This document shows, piece by piece, positions 33,937-47,300 of a DNA stretch of 64,000 bases (its first letter is position 1; each line of letters opens with the position of its first letter). Origin of the DNA: Raillietiella orientalis (Eukaryota). The notes under the pieces were generated by a model. It was not told the DNA's origin, ran no database searches, and was given only the letters and a program-made list of their open reading frames with translations. The position numbers and the translations under genes were made by a program. The DNA is taken from positions 3,348,001 to 3,412,000 of the forward strand of contig JAYWIR010000016.1 of NCBI GenBank assembly GCA_036172245.1, given 5' to 3'.

Positions 33937-34113
33937 TCTGGCAACACATTCCAACGACACTCACCATAAACTCTGTATCTGTTATTGCGAAAGAGCGCGC
34001 CCTCCAATTTTCTCATCTTGGCGATGGGCACACCCGCTGCGCGACCAGAAACACCGCCATGCTTCGTGTCACCAACTTGGAAAGCCCGGATGCGAGCGGC
34101 TGCTCGGGTCGCC

Positions 34114-35454
34114 CTACCCAGCGGAAAGGTTCTGACGCAATCTCTGCTGCAGGGGGTGGTCATATACCCAATTGCCACCCATCTCGTGGAAGTACTGAGT
34201 GAGAGGGTGCAGCCACGCCCCCCCCCCGGCCGGCAACGCACCTTCGTTTCCCAGGTGGCGTTCCTCTCCGTCCTCGACTTGGCCTCGCCCCTCTGAGTCT
34301 GCTCCAGCCGCAGCTTCGCGTTCGTCGCATTGTCGATCTTGCCGAGCCTCAGCCCCGCCGTCACTTCCTTCCACAGACGGCGCGACTCGTTCTCCTGCTG
34401 CTGCGAGATGGGCTTCACCTGCTTGCGGATGATGGGGACGGCGTGGGTGTCCACGAAAACCTCTTGGCTCTACGGGATGGGGCCTCCGGTAGGGGCGCCC
34501 GCTCTCCCCCGATCCGGAATCCTCACCCCGTTCTCGGACTTCACATACATGACACCGTTCCACTCCCCGGTGACCACCAGGAACGGTTTCTTCTCGTTCG
34601 GCTGGAAGGCCTCGGCCGTGATGCGGTGCTTCTTCCCCCCGTAGAACGGCTTCGTGAGAAACTCGATCTGGGCACTGTAGCCTGTTTTGGCACACGTGAT
34701 GGATGCTTCGCCACCCAATTCGATCCACGGCACGGTCAGTATGGATCGCCCATAGCCGTTGGGGAAACTGATGATGTACTCCTCGTCGTGATCCAGGAGG
34801 GATATGCATCCCTGCCCGATCATGTGCACGGCAATGGAGAGTCCCAGAAACCGTGACTTGGTCCATATGTGCGCGCAACAGCTGATGCGCCTGTTGATGT
34901 GTTCGGCGTAGAACGCCGATACTGAAGGATTGCACGGGAATGAGGTCGAAGCGAACGGGGAGGCATACCCGGGGGATGATGCGACACCTGCTCGGCCAGG
35001 AAGGTCAGCTTGTTACCGCCTGCCCACGGCACGGGAGCATTCTGCAAGAGAGCATCGTCCGTTTGATCAGCAGCCGCGGCTTCTGCTGTCGTGTCCCAGA
35101 AACACCGAAATATTTCTCCGAGAATCGGATTGTACGGTTTCTTAGCAACTTCTCCCTTGCGACCTGCATGGAAAGCACTTAAATACCATCGCAAAACACG
35201 CACTAAACGATCTTGCGGTGTACATCCGTCAACAATGCTACCACGATGACTTTCAGTAAGCTATCTAGTCAGCAATGATGTCTGTTTTTACCTGATGTAC
35301 AGATCTGGGTTTGCAAAGAAATCCGCGTACATTTCCAGCAGGGAGCGACGCTCCAAGATGAAGGTGGGCAACGGAACCTTGGTGAGGTCCATGCCGATCT
35401 TCACCTGCGATATCAGATGGCTGATCACAAAACCACGGCCTTCCAGGGAGCCAA
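34114..35454 (-). CDS. OSBPL9: OSBPL9 coding exons 12-16 (oxysterol-binding domain)
   Basis: EQVSHHPP motif, [39 protein letters not shown], final exon [15 protein letters not shown]. Confidence 0.95.
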
Positions 35455-38400
35455 CTACGGCTCACTGAGGACACGTACAAAACAAGGCGGCTTACTTACT
35501 GTCCTCCTCGGAATCGTCCTCGTGGAGCGCTACGAGCAGCAGCATGCGGAAGACGGTTTTACAAAGGGATCCTTTCGCTCAAGGGTGCACCTACCGTCAT
35601 AATCAATGGTGCCATCTTCATTGACAAAGGAGCATCTGCTGTCGGCAGATGGGTTCGCACGCGCCACGCTGGAAGGCGAAACCGGATTGGACAGATGAGC
35701 CGCATCCTCTGCCACGCCCGGTGCGGCGTTGCTGAAACGCACATCCCGTCCCTGGACCACTCGGTCAAGCGGGCACGGAAACGCGCGTGTTAAAGACGGG
35801 CCAAGAACGCGGCAGAAAGCCGCAAACCGCTCGATATTCATTTTTTTCAAGAACCTTCAAGAGTTCCGGGCTTGGGACGCAGGCGAACCGCCAATGTTTC
35901 TTCCATCCCTTTTGCGAAAACGAACGAACAGGAGAGAAGGAGAAGAAGAAGAAGGAAAAAAAAAAAAAAAAAAAAAAAAAAAGGGGGCAAAAGGAAAGAA
36001 CGTGCGGCTTTGAGAAAGGGCATTTACCTGCATGGCAGAACGTGATACTCTCTGGCGTCGTAGAAGTCCTCATCCTCTGAACTTGAATAGGACACCTCTG
36101 GCATGATCCCCAGCTCATTCCGATCTGCACATCAGAAAAAAGGAAAAAAGGAAGGAAAGAAAGAAAGAAAGAAAGAAAGAAAAAACAAACAAACAAGCAT
36201 GTGTACGTCCTATTTAGTTAACAACACACCTTGGTGCTCCTGCAAGCAGGTTTCCTGTATGCCTACCATTGCAGATCCGTTTTTGGACGTGCTTTCTTGC
36301 CATGCACTGCAGCTCGCTGAAAGACCAGCACAGTATACTGACCAATACATTTTTTCCGTCACTTAATCTAGCTTTCCATTTTCACGTATTCCAAGAGAAC
36401 TGCTATTTTTGTGCAATGCGCGATACGTTACTTTTCGGCCTGGATGTACCTTCTGGCAGTCAACGACACAAACCTGCAGGCTTCTGCAACTCCTGTTTCG
36501 CACTATCCTCAAGCAAATCGGACCGGGAAGAGACCGGAAATATTTCGGGCTGATACGTATCACAAACAGGAGCCATCGTATTCTTCAATGGAAAGTTCAC
36601 ACACGCAATTAGTAAAGGCTGCTCTAACCTTGGCAATCTGTAGAAGTATAATAGTATGCTTGATGGACTCCAGCATGGCCTACGGAAACACACGAACAGT
36701 TAGTGCTGTCAAGAATGACCCCCCACCCAAACGCGGATTCGCTTAGCGGATTGCATCTGTTACCGACAAACGCTGCTTGGGGCGGATTAGCAGGATTCGT
36801 CCCGTGGATTTGTCTGAAAGATCCGCCGGGTGACGGTCCACGAACTTCCGGCTACATCGCCGTGATGCAACGAAAATTTCACGGCTTGCTGAGGACGGCT
36901 TCCACGATCGAATCGAGCTTGCGCCGAGCAGCGACCCACAAAGTCAAAAGAAGGGTGAAATCGATGCACACCCATCATCAGCACGGACGCAACACAGATG
37001 AAATCCACGACGGATCGCAAAGGGTAACAAAAACTCTGATCAACGGACTGACAAGAAGCCGTACGCACCCCCTCGGGAAGCAGATGCGAATGCGCCCAAG
37101 GTGTTCCGCAAGGATGTACGCTGCCACAACCAGCGAACCCCTCCCCCCAACACTCCCCCCACGATTTCCCCCCCCCCCCCTTGCACGTCAGCACGATGCT
37201 ATTCTTCCAATCAGATCGCCTTTCCGAGAGTTCACTTGAGGAGGGAGGATCCACTTCGAGGGAACGCTCTGCCATTTCCTCCGGGACTCTCCGCAAGGCG
37301 CCGGCACGATTCGAAGCGACACCGGCAACAACCACGTACACTCCGCCGCGTCCACTTCGGCACACAGTGCGAAGACGGAAAAAGGAGGACTGCCAAGTCA
37401 AAATCCTCCTTCGATACACGAAACTTGCAAAAGACTCTGGCCGATCTGTCGCGGGCTGCGTCGCGCCAGCACACCGGTGGGCGGCGAGCTTCCAGAAACT
37501 CCCGACAAATGGGCGGCGAAAATTTACTCTGACGGCCCGAATGGGCAACCGGTCCGGCTGCAATGTTTGTGCGACCGGGGGCTCAATCGGCTCCTGAGCC
37601 TTGGCACCGCTCTCGGACCGCAAACGCACCCGCACTCCTCCACGCACATGCATCCAGTGGATGTGGCGGACTTCACATCCCACGAAGCAAAAGCCCGCAA
37701 TCTGCTCCGTACGTGTGTGAGACCTAACGCCTCCCACGATATCCGGCAGCGTACCGTACCGATCGTGTCTAACAAGTACCTCAAGGACGCACGAGGCATG
37801 CCTCGGAAGCGAAGGAGTTAGCAGCAGCGACCTTCCCCACGCCCGAGGATGATGGTCCGATGCGTTCAGGAGGCGGAAGGACGGAAATTTTTGGCTCGGG
37901 GTCTCTTCTGAGGTTTCGTTGTGGCCACTCACCCCTTGCACCCCTTTTGGGGTTTCTCAGTTCGCGTTCCGCCCGCAAAGAGCACTCCGCGAACTTCACG
38001 TCCCCCCCCCCCAAGCAACTCCTGACACACGCACGCGCGCGTGTGCCATAACGATCTGTGAATGCACGGGGGTGTGCATATCGGTACGTTTGAGAAGTGA
38101 AGAAACGAGAAAGACAACAGACCCGAAAGACATGATCCTTCAGCGTCACAACGACCATCACCAAGGCCACGCCTGCCCATCCAGTTCCAGATTCAGCTGG
38201 CAAAGGCCAAGCATACGGAAAGCAAAGAGCAACGTGAAACATAAATGCCGATCCGTTCACCCAAAGTAATCGTCGAGGTAAACGAACACGTGTTATTTTA
38301 TATTTTGTAATCGAATGGAAGTGAGGTGCCTACCATTAGCGCAATGGAAGGGAAACTCGAGAGACCGCGGATGCAACTAAAACTTACGTTGGCTTTGTCT

Positions 38401-41400
38401 ATAACACCTTCATACGGTGACTTCTCTGACGCATTCTCACATGCGTCCATCCGGTCACTAATGCCCTTTTTTTTTTTTTTTTGAGAATAAATACATCATT
38501 TTTCAAAATCAATGCAGCATTACTTTGACCTGGTCAATCAAAATTTGTAAAAAAGCATCGGCTTCCAGCAACTTCACGTCGAAGTCTGCAATGGTCGGGG
38601 TTGGCTTCGAAGGGTCCCATTTCTAAAGGGAAACCAAAAAAAAAAAAAAGGCTCTAGGAGTGAATCACATTGCTCGGTCTTCATCCTGTACCACTTGATG
38701 TGCTTTGTCATTTGAAAGCCGTTTCAGGGTAACATCTTCCAGCACTCTTATCCACTGCTCTCGTTCGTCTGCATCTCGAGCCTAAACACACACATCAGAA
38801 TCACATTACTTTCTTCGCATCTCCAAAGCTCCCTAAAACACGACCTCGACAGGGGAGGCCAAAATGAATCGGGAAGTACCCCTCCAACTAATTGTGGTTA
38901 ACGAGCCACCGACAAGAATGATTTAGACGAAATCATCACACGGTGTTTCGGTCAGAGCAGCAACAAAATGCCATTTGGAAACGCGGACCGTGCACCGATT
39001 CATTTCAAGGGATACACATCCCGGTGGGTTATGGCGGGGACACGAGCTCTGGCTGGGCGTCGCTCACCGTCGTTACCGACCTGCGGGCCGCTCAGACCTG
39101 AAAGCCCCTGAAGCGAAGTTCGGGTCGCACTGGAGACCCAGGCGTTCGTCCCGTTTTGATTGGAACACACCAGAGCTGAACAATTCACCAATTCATTGAA
39201 ATACCATTCCCCATCCTATCTAAAAATGACCTCCCCCCCCCCCCCCAAGGTGTGTGCCTGCCTGCTGGGTTGCTTTTGCACTCTCTCCTGCCCGCACAAG
39301 AGACTGAAGAATACGGCTACCTCTGCAGTCGATTGCAGAAGTACCTTGAAAACCCCTGACCGACATTCATTACGTGTTAACAAAGAGTAGCTAACAGCTC
39401 ATTTGATCACTGATCCCTTCTCAGACCAGCTGATTGGCTGGGAACGGTAATCAAAGAAGCTGCACACACTACGTGCACACACGTTTTCAGAGACACGGAT
39501 TTCACATTTTCACCTGGGTCTGCTTCCTCCGCCGCCGAAAACTCACTTGAGAAAACCGGTGTCACAGACGATGGGAGGCTCCATGAAAACCGAGAGAAAA
39601 ACAAAGTGCTAGGGACGGGGGAGGGGCTGCTGCAGAGAAGGCTACAATCTCCAGGAGTGTGAGAGGCATATGATTACTCTTACGAGGCTCACTGAATTCC
39701 TCACCGTCACACACGTGATCAAATGCATGGAGATTTCACGGTACAGTTCTACTTCGACCAACTATCGAAAACGGGAATGCGAAAAAATTCCGCCGAGAGC
39801 TGCGAAACCCTTAGTAACCGGTTGCAGACGCGTTCCGTAGTAGGCCGGAAGGAAGATTTCCTCACGATTGAAACATAGCACGATGGGCAAAGGGAAACGA
39901 ACTGAAATTTCTCTCGTCATGTCGCGCACACAAACCTCCACAAGAGTAGAAATCCTCAAAGTACGGTACGTGCGTGATAAATGGAAGATGCGTGATTCTT
40001 TCCACCTCGTTGTGCGTCCTGTCGCGCTCTACAAAAGTCTCTTCCTTTCATTCCGCCTGCCCCGCGACGTTCGCAGCTTCGGAAAGGAAATGCAGGGATG
40101 GCGATCTCTTGCAAGCCTGCCTAAGACGCCTCCTGGAAACGTGCTTTTCGAACGCTTGCTTTTCTTTCCTCCACACACACGCTGCCTATCCTCGCGCGTC
40201 CGTACCAGTCCGTGAAACCCCTCTTTCCTGGCAGGAAAGGGGGGGGGGAGGGGAACTGCTTCGTTCTCGATGACCGCGGTACTTTCTTCTGTACCCTCAA
40301 CACTGCCTTGCGGCGCTGGTCTTGACTGTGCGAAAGCTCAAGGAATGAAACGACACAAGACGATCACTTCCGCATTGCGTACCAATGTACACATACTTTG
40401 CAGGATCGGCCGTAAGGGGATCACTGGGAGACGTGCAAGTTATGGGCACAACGTGTCCCGCGGCCCTGGAAAGCTCCGGCCGAAACAAACACAAGCATCC
40501 TCGATCACACTGGGCAACAGTTTCATCTCATCATCACAGGGGTGAAAGAACGAAGCACGACGAGCACTCCTAATGCTCAAAGGGTGGGTGCGTACAGACT
40601 CAACAGAAGACAAACAAACATCCCATCAGAGGAAACACCTTTTGCGGCAATGACCACGGGTAGGAAGGGAAACATTACCGAAATACGTGCAGCACATTAT
40701 CTGAACCACATTTTTCGCACAGTGCGATCCTGCAGACTTTTACGAAGGATCGGGGAAAGCGCCTGTTCCGGAATGATCAAAAGCAAGTTAGAAATGATGA
40801 AAAAAATTACACGAATCTAAACATAAGATAGCATTAAAGAAGTTACCAAAGTCGCTCAAGAGTAAAAAAGAAACACTTCTCAAAATACTAAATTCGACAC
40901 CTGGGCCCTACACGTAATGAATCTAAACAGAATAAATCGTAAGATTCCGAAAAGTGACCAAATATAGGAGAAATTCATACACTGTACGATTAAGAACTAC
41001 GACAACAGTGTACTAATTTGACTGCGTCGACCGTAGCACAAGAAGCATGTGAAAACGCGATGAAAATCCACCAACATAACATCATTCCGGCTTTGTGATC
41101 GCATCCATGGGCAGCCCCCCTCTTCCTGGAGCAATCACAGAAATTCTGACAATTTCAACTGAAAATGATTCCTGCTAGATTACATCAGACTGAATGAATT
41201 ACAGAAAACAAGGATGCTTCAACCTGGAAATAAATTCCCCAAACGGATAGAGTTGATTATCCACCCCACAGAAAAATCAGTTATTCAAACTGGCCAATTA
41301 CCACAAAACTGATACTTCTGGTTTTGAGAACAGGTCAAATTTTTATCATTACTAAAACAGAACGACATGGCGAAATTACAATGAAAACAATCGAACAATC

Positions 41401-43072
41401 AGCAGCTTCATAATATGGGAACAACTAATACGTAAAAACTGCTGCTTGCATTATTGCAAATTCAAGTAATTTAGAATTAATAAAGTTCTGACACCAAGTC
41501 CTGAGGATGCAAATGGCATGTTCACATCATCAGAGTATTCTGACAGGACTTTACACACAAAACTGAATACAAATTTTAGGGCAAAAATTCGGAACACAAG
41601 CCATGAAATTCAAGCAAAGAGAGTGAGATGGCCACATGAAGAGTGAATTTGACCTTATATGTGCGACAGAAACTACAAAGCAGATGAAAAGCTATACTTC
41701 AACACTATGCATGAATATATGAAACACAATAATTTCAAAAGAAATAACAACTACTCTTAATGAAGTTCCATATTTCAAATAAATTGATAAAAACACACAC
41801 ACATTCCGATGCTGATATGAGCACATCAAAATGAGCATTACAAAACAATACATTTCATTCCGTGAAATGAAAGACGGGAAGAATAGCTCTTCAAAACAGT
41901 AGCAATCCAGCCGAAATTCAGAATCCACTATACTCTGTTCATCACTAAAATACAATAAATGCATATTGAAACTCTATTTTCTAGCTGCAGACCGTGAATC
42001 ATAATGAGGGATATGTACAATAAATTTAAATATTAATCATTATGAATGCGATGAACGTTGCATGACTTGAATTTAAATATACTGATGCAAAGTTCAATTC
42101 AGAAAGACATGCTTCGCAATTATGGGGAAAACTTAAATAATTCAGCATCAAAGGCATTATTATTGCATCAAATTGTTGTAATAGCTCACCAAAATTTTAT
42201 TGGAAAAGAAAACAGATTTGGCAATCAGATGTGAAAAATATGAAAAAAATTGAGCATTTTTCGAAGGTTTTTTAAAATATAATGGAACCCATTCTGCAAT
42301 CAGCAGAAGCCAAACATATAGAAATCTCAGGCAAAAAACAAAATCAAAAATAAATCTTAAAATGAGAACATAAGCTTTAGAATTTCAGCACCAGCCCAGA
42401 AGTGTCATCTCTAATGAATTCCTGAAAAATTTACATCCGAAGAGTATTTTAGAAGACTAAAATATGCCTAAGCTACAAAATGTGCAAGCTTTTTCTCCAG
42501 ATCATAAAAACAAACTGTTTTATATTCTGTGAATAAATGATGCAATAAATTAACTGGTCACGATTAATGTATTACATCTAAACTTTTCAGCACTTGAAAC
42601 TTTAAAACAAATTTGTAATGAAAGCTGAGTCTGCAATATCACCAAGTGAGGGTAAAGCTAACATACAGTTGGTTTAAGTCCAACTGTTTGTTACAGACAA
42701 AGACTTGGTCCTTTTCTAAATTATTCAGAAACTTTCCAAATTGACAGAATACTACCTGCAAATGAAAAATTTTTCCATCCACTGTTATTGTAAAAGTTGA
42801 ATCATCTTCATCATCTATTCCTACTACAGCTCCCTTGAGTCTGATGCAACCTCTTCTAGCTCCCCGGGCCATTTTCTCTTTAGACTACAAGAAACATAAA
42901 AGTTTAGGACTACACTAGGAAAAATGCATAACACATGTTTCTAACTAAAACTAAAGAAAACAAGTATACATACCGTATAGTAGGAAAGTAAGCCTGCATC
43001 ATCATCCAACACAAACCAACGATACTGCCAGCCTTTCATGACATTTGTCCACTTACTCAAAGGGCCTTCCAT
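34114..43072 (-). CDS. OSBPL9: Oxysterol-binding protein-related protein 9 (ORP9): PH domain, FFAT motif, ORD; 16 coding exons, ~712 aa
   Basis: Exons (minus strand): 43072-42974, 42884-42756, 38781-38695 (or 38692), 38622-38524, 38465-38388, 36679-36629, 36582-36474, 36316-36230, 36124-36028, 35731-35595, 35529-35500, 35454-35292, 35237-34969, 34921-34527, 34469-34242, 34194-34114. All introns are GT-AG with phases that close. Diagnostic peptides: [54 protein letters not shown] (FFAT), [50 protein letters not shown] (OSBP signature). The low-conservation middle exons 7, 8 and 10 are less certain. Confidence 0.95.
38388..38781 (-). CDS. OSBPL9: OSBPL9 coding exons 3-5
   Basis: [62 protein letters not shown]. 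Confidence 0.88.
42756..43072 (-). CDS. OSBPL9: OSBPL9 coding exons 1-2 (PH domain N-terminal part), 89-nt intron between them
   Basis: [76 protein letters not shown]. Confidence 0.95.
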
Positions 43073-43120
43073 TGCATTTTTTTTTTTTTTAAAAACAAAA
43101 GTGAATAAGTAGTTCTATGT

Positions 43121-44290
43121 CTACAGAAGTGATCCACAAAATTGGCAATTGGAAAATCAATGTGTTTAATTAACTGAAAGTAAGAAGAAGCATTTCACAA
43201 AACATTTTCAAGGAAAAATGACATTACTTCTTAATTAAGCAATAACACACATGATATTTGGGTAAATAAATGCTGTGCACACAAAAACACATGCTAGGTA
43301 GGAGCAGCTGGCATGCAACTACAAAAGCAGAACTTTTTGTCTTTTAAACGGGTGATAACTGTGAGATACTAATATTGGTTTAATTTAAAAATACTTCACA
43401 CATATTTGGTGTTTTGAGCATTCAGTATGCCTCTGCATTTCGAATGCTAGAAACACACACGCACTTCTCTTGAAAATTTTCCAACATTACAAAATTACAC
43501 CGAAATTACATCTTTCTGATTCTTTAGGGGAGGAATTCCCATGGACTCCAAGTAAAAAATAGACTAGATTTGTTAATGGTTGAAAAACCATTGATGTATT
43601 CTTATTCTGCGTACTACTGTTATTAATGTATACTCATTAATTTTTATTCTACGTGCATTAGTTCTACATGATTAAAACTGATAACAAAACACAGATGAAA
43701 GCAAACATACTAAAAGCAAAACATATACGTCACTTGAAAATGAACTTTACCTAAAAAGAAGCACTATAAATAATCATTACTTATTGCATGATAGAAAAAC
43801 TGACAAACTGATAACTAGTTATTTCTAAACTGTGGTATTGCTACGAAAAATTATTTTCAACAATTTCGGACAGGGAAACAATGAGCAATGGAATTCATAC
43901 ATTTTAAGCATCATAAAATTTCATCCACATTCAAGCAGAAATAATCAAAAAAAAATTGCTCCTTCAATTTATAACTAACAATGCAGTAAAATAATCTCCG
44001 ACTCTTTCCACCTTTTAGACAAGTTCATTCCAAAAACCATGCACTCCACTGAAACCCTTTCAGCAAAGGTAACAGAAAGCAAATGGAATATTGACTATTG
44101 AACAAAAATCCTTTATGCAAAACCTTCTGATTGAGGCAATGGATGCACTCTACGGTCTCGTGGTGATATACACTTCATTAAGCACCAAATGCATAAGCAA
44201 ATTAACTAATGGACCTTTAATTATCTAATCTTTAATGAGGCTCAATATATATATATATATATCCATATCCATACATACATACATATATAT

Positions 44291-44324
<34 letters not shown>

Positions 44325-47300
44325 ATATACATATATATACACACACACACACACTGGCTGCTTATTTGCGACGCATAATACGTGGCAAAAGAAGCAGATT
44401 AAGCTAGAAAAGGATCAGACTTGAAATATAATACATTCCGGCATGTTCCAACATTCTCCAACTCTGGCAAATCGGCGCTTTTTTGTATGTTTTTTTGTTT
44501 TTTTTTATTGCAATTTCTGGCCATAAACGGCAACCGATCTTCCGTGCCGCAGGGATGCGCAGGGCACAACAAAATTCACAGCATCACAGAAGATGAAACA
44601 TCACCACAACACTCTCCACAGACCTTTTCTTCCTGCTAGAAAACCCTCCATTTGCAATCCGACCGCAAACTTCAGAGACGGAGAGTCGAACTTCAGCCCG
44701 TCGTCAACTTCGACTGCCAACGACTGTCTCGAAGGATCACCGAAGACGGACGAAAAGAAAGAAAGGGGGAAAACACTGAACTTTTCAAGAAAACTCCATG
44801 CTGTTCATCGTGGATATCTTTTTCTTTCTACGGGGAGGATCGGAATCATCGTGTTGCCTGCACCCCAAGTAAGAATCTGTTGATGACTGACTGATGGAAA
44901 ATGATTTTTAGGTACCTCTAACGAGCGACTTGACGATGGAAGCTTTCTTATACAAAATAACGATGGACGGAAGTCGTGACCGTGAAGAAGAATGCAACGA
45001 ATTTACCAAACATTACGTATCAGAATTCGCAATTCTTCCCGAATCCTCGAAATCAACCTCACAGGACAACAGACAACCTTTCCATAGGATGTAATTCATC
45101 GCACTATTTGGTCCATGTTTTCTAAGCCTTTTTTTTTTTTTTTTTCCTTCCGACCCTGAAAAAAAAGAGCCATCTCAAATGTTCCTCGGTTTAGACATTC
45201 ACACTCTCTCCTTTGAAGCAACACGATATTCACTTGATGTTTGAGGCTTTTTTGTTCCGGGATGCCCTGGTTCCTGTAGCAACAGCAACAGGCTCTCACT
45301 TCAAGGAAAATGTAAAGATGGGGTGGCCATTCATCCCGACCTCAGTGCGAGAGAGCTGACCTTTTTCTCTCCAAAGCTGCTGATCTCCAACAGTCTTTCA
45401 TGCAATCTCTTGTGCGAATTTCATACGGATTTTACTTCCGCCGTACTTTTGCTGCTCCTGAGCTCCTTGGAAGTAGGTTTCATGGAAACGACGACGACGA
45501 GAAAGAATGGGCACTGCAGCATGAGAGGGGACCCTCCCTCCCTTTGACATCGAATACTCAGTTTTCAAGAAAGGCTGCATGCTGGAAATTTTTCATTTTA
45601 TGGCTTTCAAGCGTGCATAAATTAAACCCCTTTATTATTCATAGCGCACATCAACATCCCTTTAAGATTGCAAATAAAACGAGAAGGCTTTCCAAATCAC
45701 TGACAGCAAAGGTGAAAGAACAGTCCTCGCCTATGTTTCGTGTGCTCTTCTTTCAATTTTTCATTTTAAACAGTGAAAAGAGACATCACGTGACAAGCAT
45801 GACCTCACTGCGGTGCTCGTTTGCTCAAATGAAATTTGCGATTCGACAGCACGGATTTCGAAAACGAAAAAATTACCTCTCGATATAATTACCTCGTTCT
45901 GGATCATCTCGACACGGTAGTTATGGGAAACATTGCAAAAAAGGGTACGCACATAATGTCTGCCTTTCAAGAGTGCACTTTGTTGCGGGAGTTCGAGGCT
46001 CTTCCGATTTCCAAAAGAATGGTGGTATCCGTGTACCTTCCGGATCGATTCTTCGATTTCGGCATCTGGTCACCTGAGGAACCCACCAAGCGCTGCCAGC
46101 CCCAGTGATGGGAAACGGGCCTGAGCCGATGAGCAGGATCTCGGGACTCGTCCTTCCTTGGTCCAGGATGGATGCCCGCATCGGCAGAAAAAGCAAATCT
46201 GTATTTCGTGGATTGCCTTCGACGACCATAACTTATCGCTAACAGCTGAATGGCCGATGATTGCGAAGCAACACGGAAAATTTTCAGGGGAAATGCTGAA
46301 ACGGGATACTTCCGGGGGAAAAGTATGGCTGCCTGCTTGTGAAATCAATGCCAAAGAAAAAGCACAGCATGCTTTCAGATTGTTTTCGCCTAAAATGATT
46401 CGTAATCGCGATGCCCGTATCTCGTTTAGCACTCTGAGAGGATCTCAATTTAAAAGCGAGCAAGCGGGTCCAACATCACCTGACGTGAAAAAGCGGGAAG
46501 GCATCTTTTAACCACCCAGCATGCAGCAGATCTGCCCTCTTCGAGAATATGCAGAGTGGGAAAAAACGATGAAATACAGAAGGAGGCATGAGATCTGGAT
46601 GGGAGATCGGTTTCCGTAAAGCACACTCGGCTACCATGAGGGCATGAACGTATGATTCGGAAGCTTTAGTATTCCGTGTGCTGCCCCAAGGTTTCTGATG
46701 GCTTTCAGGTTTGAAAGATTGATAAGTGCAATGGATCCGAGAGATGAAGCACCTTGGCAACACACTGGAAAAAACAAAGAAGGAAAGGCATGAAAGAACC
46801 GTTTTCAAACAGTCAGCAGCTGCCTCATTTCTCAAATGCGTGTTTATTTAGGCGTTGGCTCAGCAATGCCAGAACGTTCCTATAATAACACTGCTTTTTG
46901 ATTTTCTGATGCCTGTTATCAATCACACTAAACAACATGGGTCGGTGAGGATGGAAAAAACCGAAGAATGATGAATGTTGCTGCGAAAGCCTGCTCGTAC
47001 CCCGATATGATGTGATTTCCTCAACACATGGGCCACATGAGCAACGCACCATCATCTGAAATTGCCTGTTGGGTTTTTACGAATGAGAGTGTACTTAATA
47101 ATCGATACTTGCCCAAGCAGATGCCTGGCTTGTATCTTGCAAGTGCACAAGCAGTGTACAAGTTCCATGGAACTTGGAGTTGGCTGCAGGACAGGGGGAG
47201 CGTTTTCGTGGAAAAGGAAATTCTTCCCGAGAAGCAGCTCTTGCGAAAACGCAACTCCCGGGAACGCGCTCCACAAGCAATCTCCACCTTTGCAACCACT

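Noticed and set aside
33330..34454. 374-aa ORF as a complete protein
   Set aside because: Only the part within exon 34469-34242 is OSBPL9 coding; the rest runs through an intron, the last exon out of frame, and the 3' UTR.
40800..44400. AT-rich block as horizontally acquired or contaminant DNA
   Set aside because: It carries exons 1-2 of the same OSBPL9 gene, whose remaining exons lie in GC-richer DNA with matching splice phases.
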